Below, piece by piece: positions 1 to 11,500 of a stretch of DNA of 64,000 nt (position 1 is the stretch's first letter; each line of letters begins with the position of its first letter). The notes under the pieces are model-generated. The model was not told where the DNA came from. It searched no databases and was given only the letters and a program-made list of their open reading frames with translations. The stretch is from Raillietiella orientalis (Eukaryota). The stretch is from assembly GCA_036172245.1 (NCBI GenBank), contig JAYWIR010000036.1, positions 248,001-312,000 on the forward strand, read 5' to 3'. Both the position numbers and the translations under genes were made by a program.

Positions 1-2720
1 TTCCCTCTCTTCGAGAAGCGGAAGGGAGAAGGAAGGGAAGCTTCGGAATTTCGAAATTCTTCTTGGATCTCGTGCCTTCGCTCCGTTCTTGACGGAGACA
101 AGAGTCACAGTGGAGAAGGGAAGAAGCGTCCGGGAAGGGAAGGGAGGAGGGGAAGAGAGAAAGCAAAGATGCACACCGGTAGGGGACGAACACCTCTCCG
201 CCCCTCCCGAGCGGGCCTCTCGTGGAGCATCCGCCGGTCAGAAGATGAACATCACGACTGTCCCCCGTTTCCCACAGCCCCCAGGAATGGGAACGTGGAG
301 GGGGAGGCGTAGGGAGGGAGGAGGGCCGCCTCTACACCCTCTCTCCCTCAAGACCACCCCTCCTTCCCCTGTCAGCTCCTCGAGATTCCGTGCGCGCCCT
401 CGCAGACGCTGCCGCCATCCTCACGGAAGGCAGAAACCGGCTGGAGGCTGAGGAGAGCTCCTTCCTGAGGAAGGAAAGAGGGGTGAGAAGGCGTGGCGCA
501 GCCCCCTCCCTCTTACGCCTCTCTCCCCTTGGGATTCACGCCGTCGCCAGCATACCCGGCTTCTCTGCTGACGAAGCTTCAGGACGCTCACGGACTCTGG
601 GCGGCTCCGGGGAAGCGAAAAGCTTCCCGAAGAGGAGTTCGTGCCTACAAAACTTCTGATCCCGCTTCGCCTATCCCTGCCCCTCTCCTCACTCTTGGGA
701 AAGTTGGAAAAAGAGATGGGAAGGTACAGCACTCCTTCCGAGAAAGCCACGGCCTCTACAAGTCCGCCACTCGACCCCCAAGGTGTGAGGAGCCTTCTCT
801 TGGGAAAGAGTGGAGAACAGGAGAGAAGGCGGTGGGGGAGGGGGCGAAGGAAAAAAGGAGAAGGAACAGAGCCCTTCCGGGGGACACGGAACGTCCCCGG
901 TCCTGCCCGAGGAGGTGTCGCGAAAGCCAGGGGTTCCCCTTCGCCCCCACGAGGAACGACAGGGTGCAGCCGTTCCTGAAGAGCCAGGGTTTCCCCTCGA
1001 TCCTAGAAGTTGCCCGGGATTTCCCCCAGCCCCAACTCTTTCCGATCCCTTTTCAACGCGGGGAGAGCGGACGAGAGAGTGGAGGTAGCGGGAAAGGTGG
1101 GGAAGTCCGCGAGTGCTCTCCTTCCCCTTTACCCTTTTCCTTAGTCCTGCCCCCTCCTCCAGAGGATGGGACGCAGGCGTAGGCGATCGGGGGCAGCAGA
1201 CCCCTACGAACGTCTCTTCGAGATCCTACTGGTTTCGCCTCAAGGGCCGGGACGGCCTACCCCTTTCCATCGATGTAGGAAACAGAGTGTGGCGGCTATG
1301 GGCTCCCCTCTCCCATTCAACTCTCGCCCTCTCCTCACGTCGACATGAGTCCCGGGGGAAGAATTTTTCCCCTTTCCTCCCCTCTTAACCCCCCCTTCCC
1401 TCCCTTTCCGAAAGGGGGAAGCAAACGAGAAAAGAAACCGGACGGCCTTTCTCCTCCCGAGGGGACTCGGCCTTTTTTTTTTTCCAGAGGGGAGACATGG
1501 GAGCTCGGTGGCGCGCGGCAGAGTGCGAGGAAGGGTGAGCAGTCGAAGGTGTCGCGGGGGGCAGGCGCGAGGTCGGCCTTTTCAGAGGGTACTCTCTGCT
1601 AAACGGTTCTACCCTCCCCCTTCGCAGTGGGGACCAACTCTGAGCTTCGGGAAACCGCCCGACCATCCTCCCTTTCCGGAGATGCTTCCCGGTCAGTCTT
1701 CCCCCTTTCTCTCTGGACGGCACATTGGAAGCCCCCTTTTGGCTTCCTTTTTCCACTAATGCTTTTCCCGTTGCGTGCCGCCCGGTATCCAGCCGAGGAA
1801 GAGGGGGGGCAGGTGCCACTGCCATTCCTCGGAAGGAGGGGAACGGATGGGCCATCTTCTCAGAAGCGAGCAGGGGGAAATGGAGTAAGAGCAATGGAAC
1901 ACTCTTGTCGCACCATCTTACCTTCCCTGAGTGAGTGGACGGAGGGTCGGGCCAGATTACAGAGCTGCGGCCCCGAGTGCCCCACCTCGAGGACTTCTGC
2001 ACTGGGGCGAGCCGCTGGATATTCCGGAGGAAGACCTGCAGTGGGCAATCTCACCCTCCCCCTTAAAGTAGAGGTCGGCGTTGATGCTGCTGCACTGGGG
2101 CCTCCCGTATGAGGCCTCAGGCATCATTGGATCCGGGGGAGGCTGAACCGGAACTGTGGCCAGGAGCGTGAATCCCTCCCGCACCTGTTTGTGGATTGTG
2201 TTGTTGCCCTAAGGCCCGTCTGGAAGCTCTTTGCCGCGATCCCAGGAACTCCCGGCAGCAACTCCAGGGACTCTTTATGACCCCTCCTCCTACGCGACGC
2301 ACTTCGGCCGGCAACCTCTCTCACAGCTCTCTGCTGCCTACGCGCAGTCGTCGCTGCCTGGAGCGACGCAAGAAGAGGACCGAGCGACAGGGGTGCCACA
2401 TCCACTTTGCCGTCCGCTTCATGAGGACAGCAACGAGATGGCCCCACCTGAACAACTCCACGCAGCAAGAGCTTGCCGGCATCCTCGAAAGGATGCAGAG
2501 GACCTCCCCCAGCAGGATACGTGACCCTTTCCCTCCGCCCACCTACACCCATGTTTCTTTCTTTATTTTTATTTCTTTTGCTTCACCCCTCTCCTCTGCT
2601 GCCGTGGCGGACCCCCACGGGTCTGCGCAGGGGTAACCCGTCAAGTCCTCCTTGAAATGGGTGTGGTTGGACCACTAGTCTTTCCACACCCACCTTTCCT
2701 GACTGGTGAGTACATGCTTG
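1..2720 (+). mobile_element. Degenerate L1/Tx1-like non-LTR retrotransposon (ORF2 remnant plus 3' end)
   Basis: Collinear decayed ORF2 motifs in shifting frames: AAILTEGRNRLEAEESSFLRKE (~410-480, pre-RT linker); GGEVRECSPSPLPFSLVL (~1095-1150, cf. RGVRQGCPLSPLLF); YPAEEEGGQVPLP (~1790-1825, cf. PxxxGGLG); NCGQERESLPHLFVDCVVALRPVWKLF (2152-2232, zf-RVT-type zinc finger). A T-rich 3' UTR follows, shared with copies at 17160-17640 and, on the minus strand, 21950-22300 and 32510-32860. Confidence 0.75.
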
Positions 2721-2900
2721 CCTGCACCCTGTACACGCTACTGCGGCCATGCATGTACGAAAATTGGAACGATACACTGAAGATTAGGGTAGCTGGTGAG
2801 AGAGGAGGGTGGAGCAGGGCTCGAGGGGGAGTCAGCACTCCTGAGCCGCCCTCCCGGGACGGCGAGGGGCAGCCCGCGGATCCGGCAGGAACCCGCCCAC

Positions 2901-3104
2901 CTACGTAGCTTTGATGGAGAGAGACGGGGGCAGCAAAGCCGCGTATTGCCTGGACAAGGGTCCGGCCGGCAGACCGGCCGGAGCTGGTGTCCAGTACACT
3001 TCTCTCCCTTCGTTTGGCAGCGGCGTTAGCGCCTTCTCCGTCTGCTCCATTGGCCTTTCTCCTCCGTGCTCATCTGTCACATTGTCTCCCCCATCTTCCC
3101 TCAC
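2901..3104 (-). mobile_element. LINE ORF2 fragment (region just before the RT domain)
   Basis: RPMEQTEKALTPLPNEG...TPAPAGLPAGPLSRQYAALLPPSL resembles the conserved ExxxALxxLxxGKxPGPDGLPxEFYxxFxxxLxPxL block. Confidence 0.5.
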
Positions 3105-3482
3105 TGATGGACCACTTCCTTGATCTTCACATGCTTGCCGATGCAGGAACTACTTTCTTTGGCTCTCTCAAATTTGAGGAACCCTTTGTTTAACGTGAAG
3201 CTGTCCCTTATGCTCTTTTAATAGGTCTGGCGTTATTGCGTTAATGCTGATTTATGCCGCTTCCTCCACCGAGAGGAGACGCTGACAGCATTACGTGAAA
3301 AGCGATCGTCGTAAATTGTGAAATAAATAAGGCTTACCGCATGATGTAAGTTAAAGGAACAGAGAGCATTTTACTGCGTGTGTTTACACAGACAGCAGCT
3401 CAGCAACGAAAAGGACGGGTCGCCTTGCACAAAGATGAAAGCAAGAAACGCGTGTGTAGCCAGAGGAGAAAAGGAAAAAAAA

Positions 3483-3489
<7 letters not shown>

Positions 3490-3514
<25 letters not shown>
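3490..3514. repeat. (CA)n microsatellite
   Basis: CA dinucleotide run seen directly. Confidence 0.95.
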
Positions 3515-3523
<9 letters not shown>

Positions 3524-6349
3524 AACAAAATTCCCCTCTGCCCCCTCCCCCCAAAAGTTGAAAGAACCACTTCCTCATGAAACGGCCTCGCGATACAGCT
3601 CGAAAGCGCAAAACTCTACTTACAATAATGAAGTGAAGTTCGAAATGCCCACTTGATCGGAGCAACTTCCGTTGGATTAAATTAAGTACCAGTTGCAATG
3701 GGCACCTTATTATCGTACTTTATCACTGAAATCTGCTTTACTACCCCGACATCTGTTCGTTTCAAGGATTTGTTTTTCCACTGAAATCGAAAATTGCACC
3801 GAAGTAACTACCGTAAATGAAGTTTGGCGAAATTAATTACAGTGTTGCCAAATTCCTTCTCTGCTCGCTCAAAAAACAACACAAAAATTTGAGAAGGGGC
3901 TCGTTCAAATCGAGAAGTATGGAAAAATGGTACATTTGAGAGCGCAGCGTTTCCATTTTTCAGCTTCCAGCATGAGCAAATACGTATAACTTCCTGAGCT
4001 CCGAAATAAAGTCTGAAAGTTCGATTTGGAAAATTTATTGTTAGAAGGCCGATATTAATTGCCGGCACTGATGTTAATAGTCAGTTATATCCATGAATCC
4101 TTCGTAATTTCCTGTTGTGTTGAGTGGATCCTGGACGAGTGCATCAGCTGAAACAGCTAAAACGGACGTAAACTAATAATTAACTATTAAGTAAAAATAA
4201 ATTGCACGAAAGCGAAAAATAAACGCAATGAAGCGAAAATTTCGGTTGCTGCAGACGAATAACGGGAAAAGCCATCGGCGACCGACTGTCTTGGCCGTCG
4301 TCATACAGCATTTATGAATTTTTAAAGGCTATGACATTTCGGCACCATCATTCCGACTGCTACTTTGATGCACGTGATCAGATTACTTCTTCCTATCCAA
4401 ACAGCTCCGAACGTGCACCGTAAACACTGAAGGAATGCATAATGACGATTACGTGGCTTTCCAAGGCTGTCGGTGAAGTTGCACACCCTGTCGGAGTCGG
4501 TTCGAAGTGGGAAGCTCTGATTCTCCCCACATTTGTAGGGAGTGCTTCGGCGACGATTCCTTCCTCCCGCTTTCGACGCTCATCCCTGGAGTCAGAGGCA
4601 AATGGAATCGTGAGCCTTCGGAAGCCGTTCTGGACTTCCAGGCTCTGTTTGTTCGTAACGTTTCCAGCAAGTATCCTTCGAATGTTAGCAACGATTGCAG
4701 CGTCTTCCTGGAGGAGTTCCTGCAAATGACCCCGTCTCCCCAAGGCGACCTCTGCAACAAAAAGTGAATGCCGGAGAAATTCATCCTTTCCGTCGCGGAA
4801 AAACGCCCGGCACGTTCAACCTTTACAACCGATTTTTAAGAACAAAAGGAGCTCACTCCTCGATTTCGTTTCGAGATTACGTTTGCTACGGACCAATTTC
4901 TGGAACGCCACCACCTACTTGAGCTGCACACCTACTGATTCCCAGTACCTGATTAAAGTAAACGCAACTCGTGTCCACCGGAAGTTTTCCCTTTTTTGGA
5001 AAAAGGAAGGGAAAGAGGATCGGTTCTTTTGCACAAAAGAGAAGAATCCCCGGATGAATTTAATTATTTGCAATCTGTTTCGTCCCACCTATTAATGCTC
5101 AGAGTGCGTCACGTTTGCCTTCGTGTTGTGCGGTGGAATAATCGATCCACCAATTACCAATGTGGCTCCGTGGCAGCGCCCCCCCCCCCGCGCGATTAGC
5201 ACACTGGGGCGACGCGTACATTCGCTACCATCACCAGGGATGCGCTGGTGCGACTGTACACGAAACGGTGCCAGCAGCTCCTGATCTCGTGTGGGCCGCG
5301 GACGTTGCCACCCGGGTACGCCCGGGGCGGTGTGGATCGTGGGCGGGGGTATTCTTCTTGCCCGAGCGTCGCTCGCGTTTCGGAAGGGAGTGGCGGGAAG
5401 TGGCTTCCGCAGCTTCCGGCGGGGGAGTCCCCACCACCGTGGTGAGGCGAACGCGGGGGGCCGGAGAGCGCGGCCCCGCGACCGTTCGGATCCCAGCAAC
5501 GGGGATGACAACGACTCGAGCGCTCCAGCCACAACGGCTTAGGCTAATGGTCGATTGCCAGCCATTCCACCGTGGTTGCATTAATTTTTCATACGTCATT
5601 AGCGTAGGAAACGATCGGGCCAGTGCATCCTGTCGCAATCTCCCCAGGACGGGGGCACTGGGCATACCCGAATGCTGGAATTTCGCGGATGCGAACGATC
5701 CAGCTTCGGCACCGACGTGAGAATCGACCGATGAACGTAAGAAAATGCATCCACGATGGATGGAAGCAGGGGGGGGGGGGGGAGGAAGGAGACGAAATGA
5801 ATTGGGGGAGAGAATGAATCCAAAGGGCGCACGCACGCACACACACACACATCTCCCTGCCTTGGAGGTTCGGACTCTGGTCTCCAAGTACAGCATGGAA
5901 ACGGTGTAAGCGCGCGCGCGATTTTTTATAATCTTTCTCGGGGAAACCAAGGGAGCAATTTGAGACGGAAGATACGGGAGATGAGGACCGGTCTCGTTTT
6001 CGAGATGACAAGCTGAGGATTCGGAATGGCTCTCCCCCAACAAAGGGAAGATTCGAACTCGAAGAAAAAAGTTCATTATTGGCGCGGATAAACAAAAAAA
6101 AATGGCTGAAAAAAGCCACCGCACTCACGCCCATAAAGGAGCACGTGCATCATTACAGATTACTCCTGGGCTGCTGAGTATCCGTGGATACGCGCCAACT
6201 GTTAAGCGTTAAAGTGAAAAGTAATAGCAACAATAAATTGCAGTAATGATAACGGGGTCTCTTTTTTTTAAAAAAAAAAAAAATTAAATTCTCAAACTGT
6301 TAAAGATTAACGAAGCTCGTCCATCATCTTTCGCCTGCAATTACTTTTT

Positions 6350-6830
6350 ATGGTGACCATCAAGACTAATCGAGTGGCTCCGTTCCCAGACGCAGTACTC
6401 CGTGGTTTTCAATTTCGTGAAGCTGGAGCTGGATTCGGTTGCTGCAGCTCGCGAACGCGGTGTCCTCCGAAATCTCCTCCGACGCACTTGTCGCCACCCA
6501 GAGAACCCCAAGAGGTGCCGGATGCGAGAGCTGCAGCATCGACCTAATAACCATCAGGGTTGTTATTGACTTCTCGTTTCGCCGCGATGGACTCATTTCG
6601 GTCGCCCTGCCGAAGCAGAGAGCAGCCAACTAAATACAATATACGACAAATGACAATACGATGAGTGGTAATGATGATGATGATGAAGAGCTGGAAGTCA
6701 TCTATCTCAAGTGCATCTAGATGAAGAAGAAGAATGGTCCCAGTGCTGAAGATGGTGCCGCATGTTGCACCGGAAGCGAGCACAGCTGTTGTTTCCTTGC
6801 ACGAGTGCGACCCCGAAAGAGGTAGAAGCT
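6350..6830 (+). mobile_element. Possible pogo/Tigger-like transposase C-terminal relic with degenerate PHD finger
   Basis: AVLRGFQFREAG resembles the pogo SGFxxxGI motif. It is followed by an acidic DDDDEE tract and EEEWSQC*RWCRMLHRKRAQLLFPCTS, which resembles EEWIQCxxCxxWxHxxC...FxCxxC. Broken by stops and frameshifts. Confidence 0.3.
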
Positions 6831-7375
6831 CGTCCTGCAGGGAAGCGGCAGCATCCGCACTGGAAGGGAACGGAAACCCACGTCAATAAAAATCTTATTA
6901 GGCTGTTTCCATCCATCGCTCTTGCAAAATGCGAAAACGCAAGGCCAATACGGATGGAGTCCGGAGATCCTTTGTGCCCTTGGACGATCCTCGAAACCTT
7001 CGTTTCAGTAGGAAGCGATAGGGTGGAGAGCCAAACGCAGCTCCATCTCGAGGGGGGAGGAGGTGGTCCTCGTTAGAGATCAGACCTCTCTCTCCTGTTT
7101 CCTTCTACCTTCGCCCCCTCTGGGAAGGCTTCGTTCCTACGAGCTTTCGCGCTGCCCCTCACCCGTTTCGCGGGCGTCGGACGTTTCCCGTGCTGCCGCT
7201 AAAGCCCTTCTCCTCCTTCTTCCCCTAACCCACCTCCCTCTCCCTTTACGAGTTGTGAGCGCGGTGGTGAATGCGTCTTTTGTTCGGATCTCGCCACCGA
7301 GCAAGGTATTTCGAAACGGACAGGACCTGACTCCGCGTGATGGATCAAATCCCTCTTCAGGATGTCACGGCCATG

Positions 7376-8500
7376 TTAACGGATCACGACCGATGTAGCC
7401 ATGGAGCGATGAGCCAGAGAATGGTGAAGATAGATTCGGGAAGCAGCGGCGGGACGAATCGACATTAAAGGGTTTGCTGCAGAAGCCGGATCGAATCGGC
7501 TTAAAGGAGGAGAAACGAGGCGAGCCAACCACACACCAATCACAGCGAGGGAATTAAGAAATGACTCCTCCCGAACCGAGATCTGGAAGCCAAAGATCTG
7601 AAGCAGAGCCCCGCTTCCCGATCCAAGGGAAGGAGGGTGCGCCTGTCGACGTCTTCTTTCGATCTGCAATTTTTCCCTCTTCCGTCTCTTTCGAAGCACG
7701 TGGTAAGCGTCCAAAGAAACAGCTCTTGAAACTTGCATGCAGCAGCAATGCTTACCAGTGACGTCACTGTGCTTAGAACCTCGCCGGAGCTGCAGTAGCA
7801 GGCTGCTGCAAAAGGGAAAAGGAAAAAAAGAAAAAAAAAACTGCTGTTGCACACGCAACACCACTGCAAGAGCATTTCGGGAGATTCGGTAAAGCAGGAA
7901 ACAAAGCGAAGAGCTGCTGCCACCGACCGGGAGAAGACGGAAGAGGGAAACGAACAGCTCCGGAGCCAGTTCTTCCATCCACCACTCTCTGCAAAGCCGT
8001 GTCTTCTTTTCGTTGTTCTTGAAGGAAGGAGATGTAGACAGCCGTGGGGTCGCCGAGGCTTCTGCAGAGCCAGAACGTTTGAAGCGGATAGGCTGAAAAG
8101 ACTTTGCAAGCGGGAAAGTCGGAACGGACGTCTCGCGAGGAAACGTCTGTTCGGAGGTGCGAGCCCGATTTGCTGCTGCGCCTGGCCCCTCAAAGCGAGG
8201 GGGCACCTCCGAAACCCTCACCACCGGAGAACAAATGGCACACGTCAGCTCAACAAACCTCCGCCGTCAGGTCTTCGGTTTCCACAAGGGAAAAAAATCT
8301 TTTATTTCGCCACCGTGGAGCACTCCTTTCGCTGGCTCTTCGAGCAGTTGCTTTCCGTACGCTTCTTCTTCCAGGTTGGCAATGCCTTGGGTCCGAACCT
8401 CCAAAGCCGCCCCAGGCATCCCCGCCTCGGGTTGCGCAAGACGCTCTTGCTTTCGTGGTGAGGGCTTTTCGGAAGCGTCCCCAGCCGCAGAGCTGCAAAT
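7376..8500 (-). mobile_element. Putative degenerate KDZ/Zisupton-type (CxC) transposase
   Basis: ORF 7376-8224 carries, in order: ELFVSLFRLLPVGGSSSSLCFLLYRIS (CxC-adjacent helix), CCCMQVSRAVSLDAYHVLRKR (cf. CxxC...DGNxKLxR) and SLAVIGVWLAR (cf. LDxxGVxxxxCxH). Recognised by eye only. Confidence 0.4.
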
Positions 8501-11500
8501 CGACACGAGGCTTTGAAAGCACCCTCGCCGCAGCTCCCAGACTCAGGAAACCTTCAGCTCTGAACCGAACGCTTCATCCCTTCGATCATCTCGAATAAAA
8601 ATGTTGACGTCATTCTTTCCAGGCACGAAGCCCAAGAGCGACGGCTGAGCCCGAACCGAACAAAAAAAAAAAAAAAAGAAAGGAAGGAAGAAAAGGAGCT
8701 TAAAAAATGGAAATACACGTAGAACGCACGAAATGAGTAGGTTGGGGAGGTCCCTTTATCCTCCTCCGGAGGGGGAGGAGGAAAAGGAGGGGGAGGAGGA
8801 AAAAGGGAGGCGGTTCTCGGGAGTAGCTGCTGCTGCTGCAGGTTCGCTTCCAGAGCCGGACTTTCTTGGCGCGCTGCGGGAAGGGGTTCGTCGCTTGGCT
8901 GCCACACCGCGAAGAAAGCACCACCGCGAAGGCCGGCCGGCACCCTGCAAGAGGCTTCTTCGTTCCGACTTGCCGCCAGGCGATCCGCAGGATCGCAGTG
9001 CCCCCCGTACGGAGTCCGGCAGCATTTTCCCGTGCGACGGAAGAGCATCCGAAGGAAGATCTCCCGCGCGGATGCGGCTGTCAGTCTGCTTTATGGAAAT
9101 GGCGCTTCTGCTCCTTGATCCCCCACCCCCCCCGAGTTTCCTGCTCCTCGGATCCTCCCATCCTCCGGAACTCATTCCACATTTATGTGTCCCCGTCGGG
9201 ACATCAGCCGCTCTGTTCCGGCCGGGGGATATGCGGCATGCGGCCGTCCACGGAGGGCTGCGCCGCAGACGGCAGGCTCCGCAGCTTCTATCCCAGCTCT
9301 TTTTTCTTCTCCCTCCTTCCTTCTTTTTCTTCCTCCCTCCTTTCCTCCTTTCCTCCTCCCCCCATCCCCCGTCCTTTCCCTCTTCTCGTGCTGGACGCGT
9401 TTCGGCTTTCTTGACGAATGCCCCAGCTGCTCGACTGCCACTCTGGAGACGGTCGGATAGATCCCCCGATCGCTCTGCGGCGGCCACGCTCAGACCCGGG
9501 GAATCTCTTCTGCGCCAGATCGCGTGCGTAAGGAGGATGATGAGAGGGGCTCCGAGCCCACCGGAAGGGAGAGGCTTTTCCGTTCGCTCCCCGGACGGTG
9601 GTGCGCGTGCCTCGTGCTCCTCGCGCACCCGCTCGGACTTGGAGCGTCGCCGTTTAAGGCGCGTGTGGAGGGTCTGCCTGTCCCCTCCCTGGACAGAGCT
9701 GTGTGACCAGGAGGGAGAGAGTCCTTCGGGAAAGAGGGTGGTGGGAATGAGAGGCAGGGGCGCTGCTCCGCCCGCGCGAGCGGCGAGCCTCCAAGCGGAG
9801 GGAGGAGGAATCGAACCTCGAGCGGGAGGCGGCGCTGGATCGGATCCCGCCGCAGCATCCCGTGGGCTCCCCGGGGTGTTCTTGGGAAGCGGAGGTAGTC
9901 GGGAGCACCTTCACTTCCGCGGATAGACAATCGCCGCGCAGAGTTGCAGTTTCCAGCATTTTTCCCTCCCCCCTGCTCGGTTCCAGGCCCCGCGAGCTCT
10001 TGAGCCCTCCTCCTCCCCGCACCGTGCCCTCCTCCGCTTCCCCCATCGGCTTTCTCCCTACCCGCGCCGTGCCTTCCGCCGTCTTTCCTCGCGTCCAGCA
10101 TCCAGAGACATTCCGCGGAGTCGCATTGGCCAACCGCAGGAAAAAGGGAGGAGGGCGAAGGCTGCGCGCGGACGGGGAGGGAGCCCTCCCCCTCCCCTCC
10201 TCCTTCGTTGGCGCTTCAGTCAGACACGGTCGCCTCCGCGATCTTCAGGACGGAAGCCTTGCCGAAAGGGGTAAGGGCCGCGTCGTACTCTGCAACTTTC
10301 CCTCCCCCGGTCGTCTCCTTCGCGGCAGCCGACCTAGGGGACAGAGGAGGAGATTCGCATGGGAGCAACCGAAGAAAAAAAAAAAAGAAAGTTGTCCAAG
10401 CGACAGGCGGGAATCCCTGGAACGCAGGATGGAAACCGCGGGGCATTCTCGCAGGTCGACTCCGCGAATTCGCGGCCGATTCGATTACCAGAGGCGGTTC
10501 GTTGACTGGTGGAGGGGAGGCGCTGGGAGGGGGCGAAGAAAGGAGATTCCCCCGGGACGCGGCTGCTGTCCATCTTCCCTGGCAATGCCAAGGTCGAGGA
10601 AATGAGGTGCGGCTGGTCCAGGGGGGAAACCTGCGGCTGCTCCCGGAAGGCATCCTGCAAACCAATCCCGTGGGCGGACGGGGACTGGCCAGGTGAGGAG
10701 CGGGCAAAAGGCCCTCCCTCCCGTCCCCCGCCGTTTCGCTAGCAGAGACTGTGCGCTCCCGCTCGTCCGCAGTCTTTCGCTCACGAGGGCGAGCGGACGC
10801 TTTCAGGGGGTCAACCTTCGACGGGACCGGAATTTTGCGGTGTCTCCGCCCCGCCCCAACCGTATCTCTTTCACTCTCAGCGACGGATTAGGCAGGGCGT
10901 TGCGAAGAACCGCACCATTCCCTCATTTCCTCCTCCCCTCACCTCCTGCTCCTCCTCTCCTACCTTTCACGGGCTGCCCTCTCGACGCCAGAACGGGAGA
11001 ACTCCAAGAGGGATGGGCGGAGGCCGCCTTTCCAGTGGCGGTCCGGCGCACGCAGGGACGGACAAGCCGGAGCGAGAAGGGCCTTTTTCTCTGGCTGGCA
11101 CCGCTGCTCTCGCAGAAAGAGGCGCCACCTCCCTCCGCCTCGGATGTTTCCAGGGCCAGGTCGCCATCCCTCGCTTCTCGGCGGTAATCGCTGGAACCTC
11201 TCTGCCGGCCGGGGAAGGTGACAGAAACGCCAGCTCCTTCCGGGAAGAGAGGGGAAGCTGGCGAAGATGGGGACGACCGAGGGGCGTGCCTGGTCGGCGG
11301 CTGATGCTGCTGCTGCGACTGTCTCGGGCCAGGCGGTGGCTCGAGAAGCGTGGATTGGCCACCGCCCCTGCAGCGAAAATCCCGTTGGGGAGGGACAAGG
11401 GAGGGGGTGCAGAAGTGGAGAGGGTTCGAAGCTGGAAGTCGGGAGTCCGTGCAGGGAGGAGGGGGTGGGGGAGGAAGCTCGTCCTTTCCGCGGCCATGCA

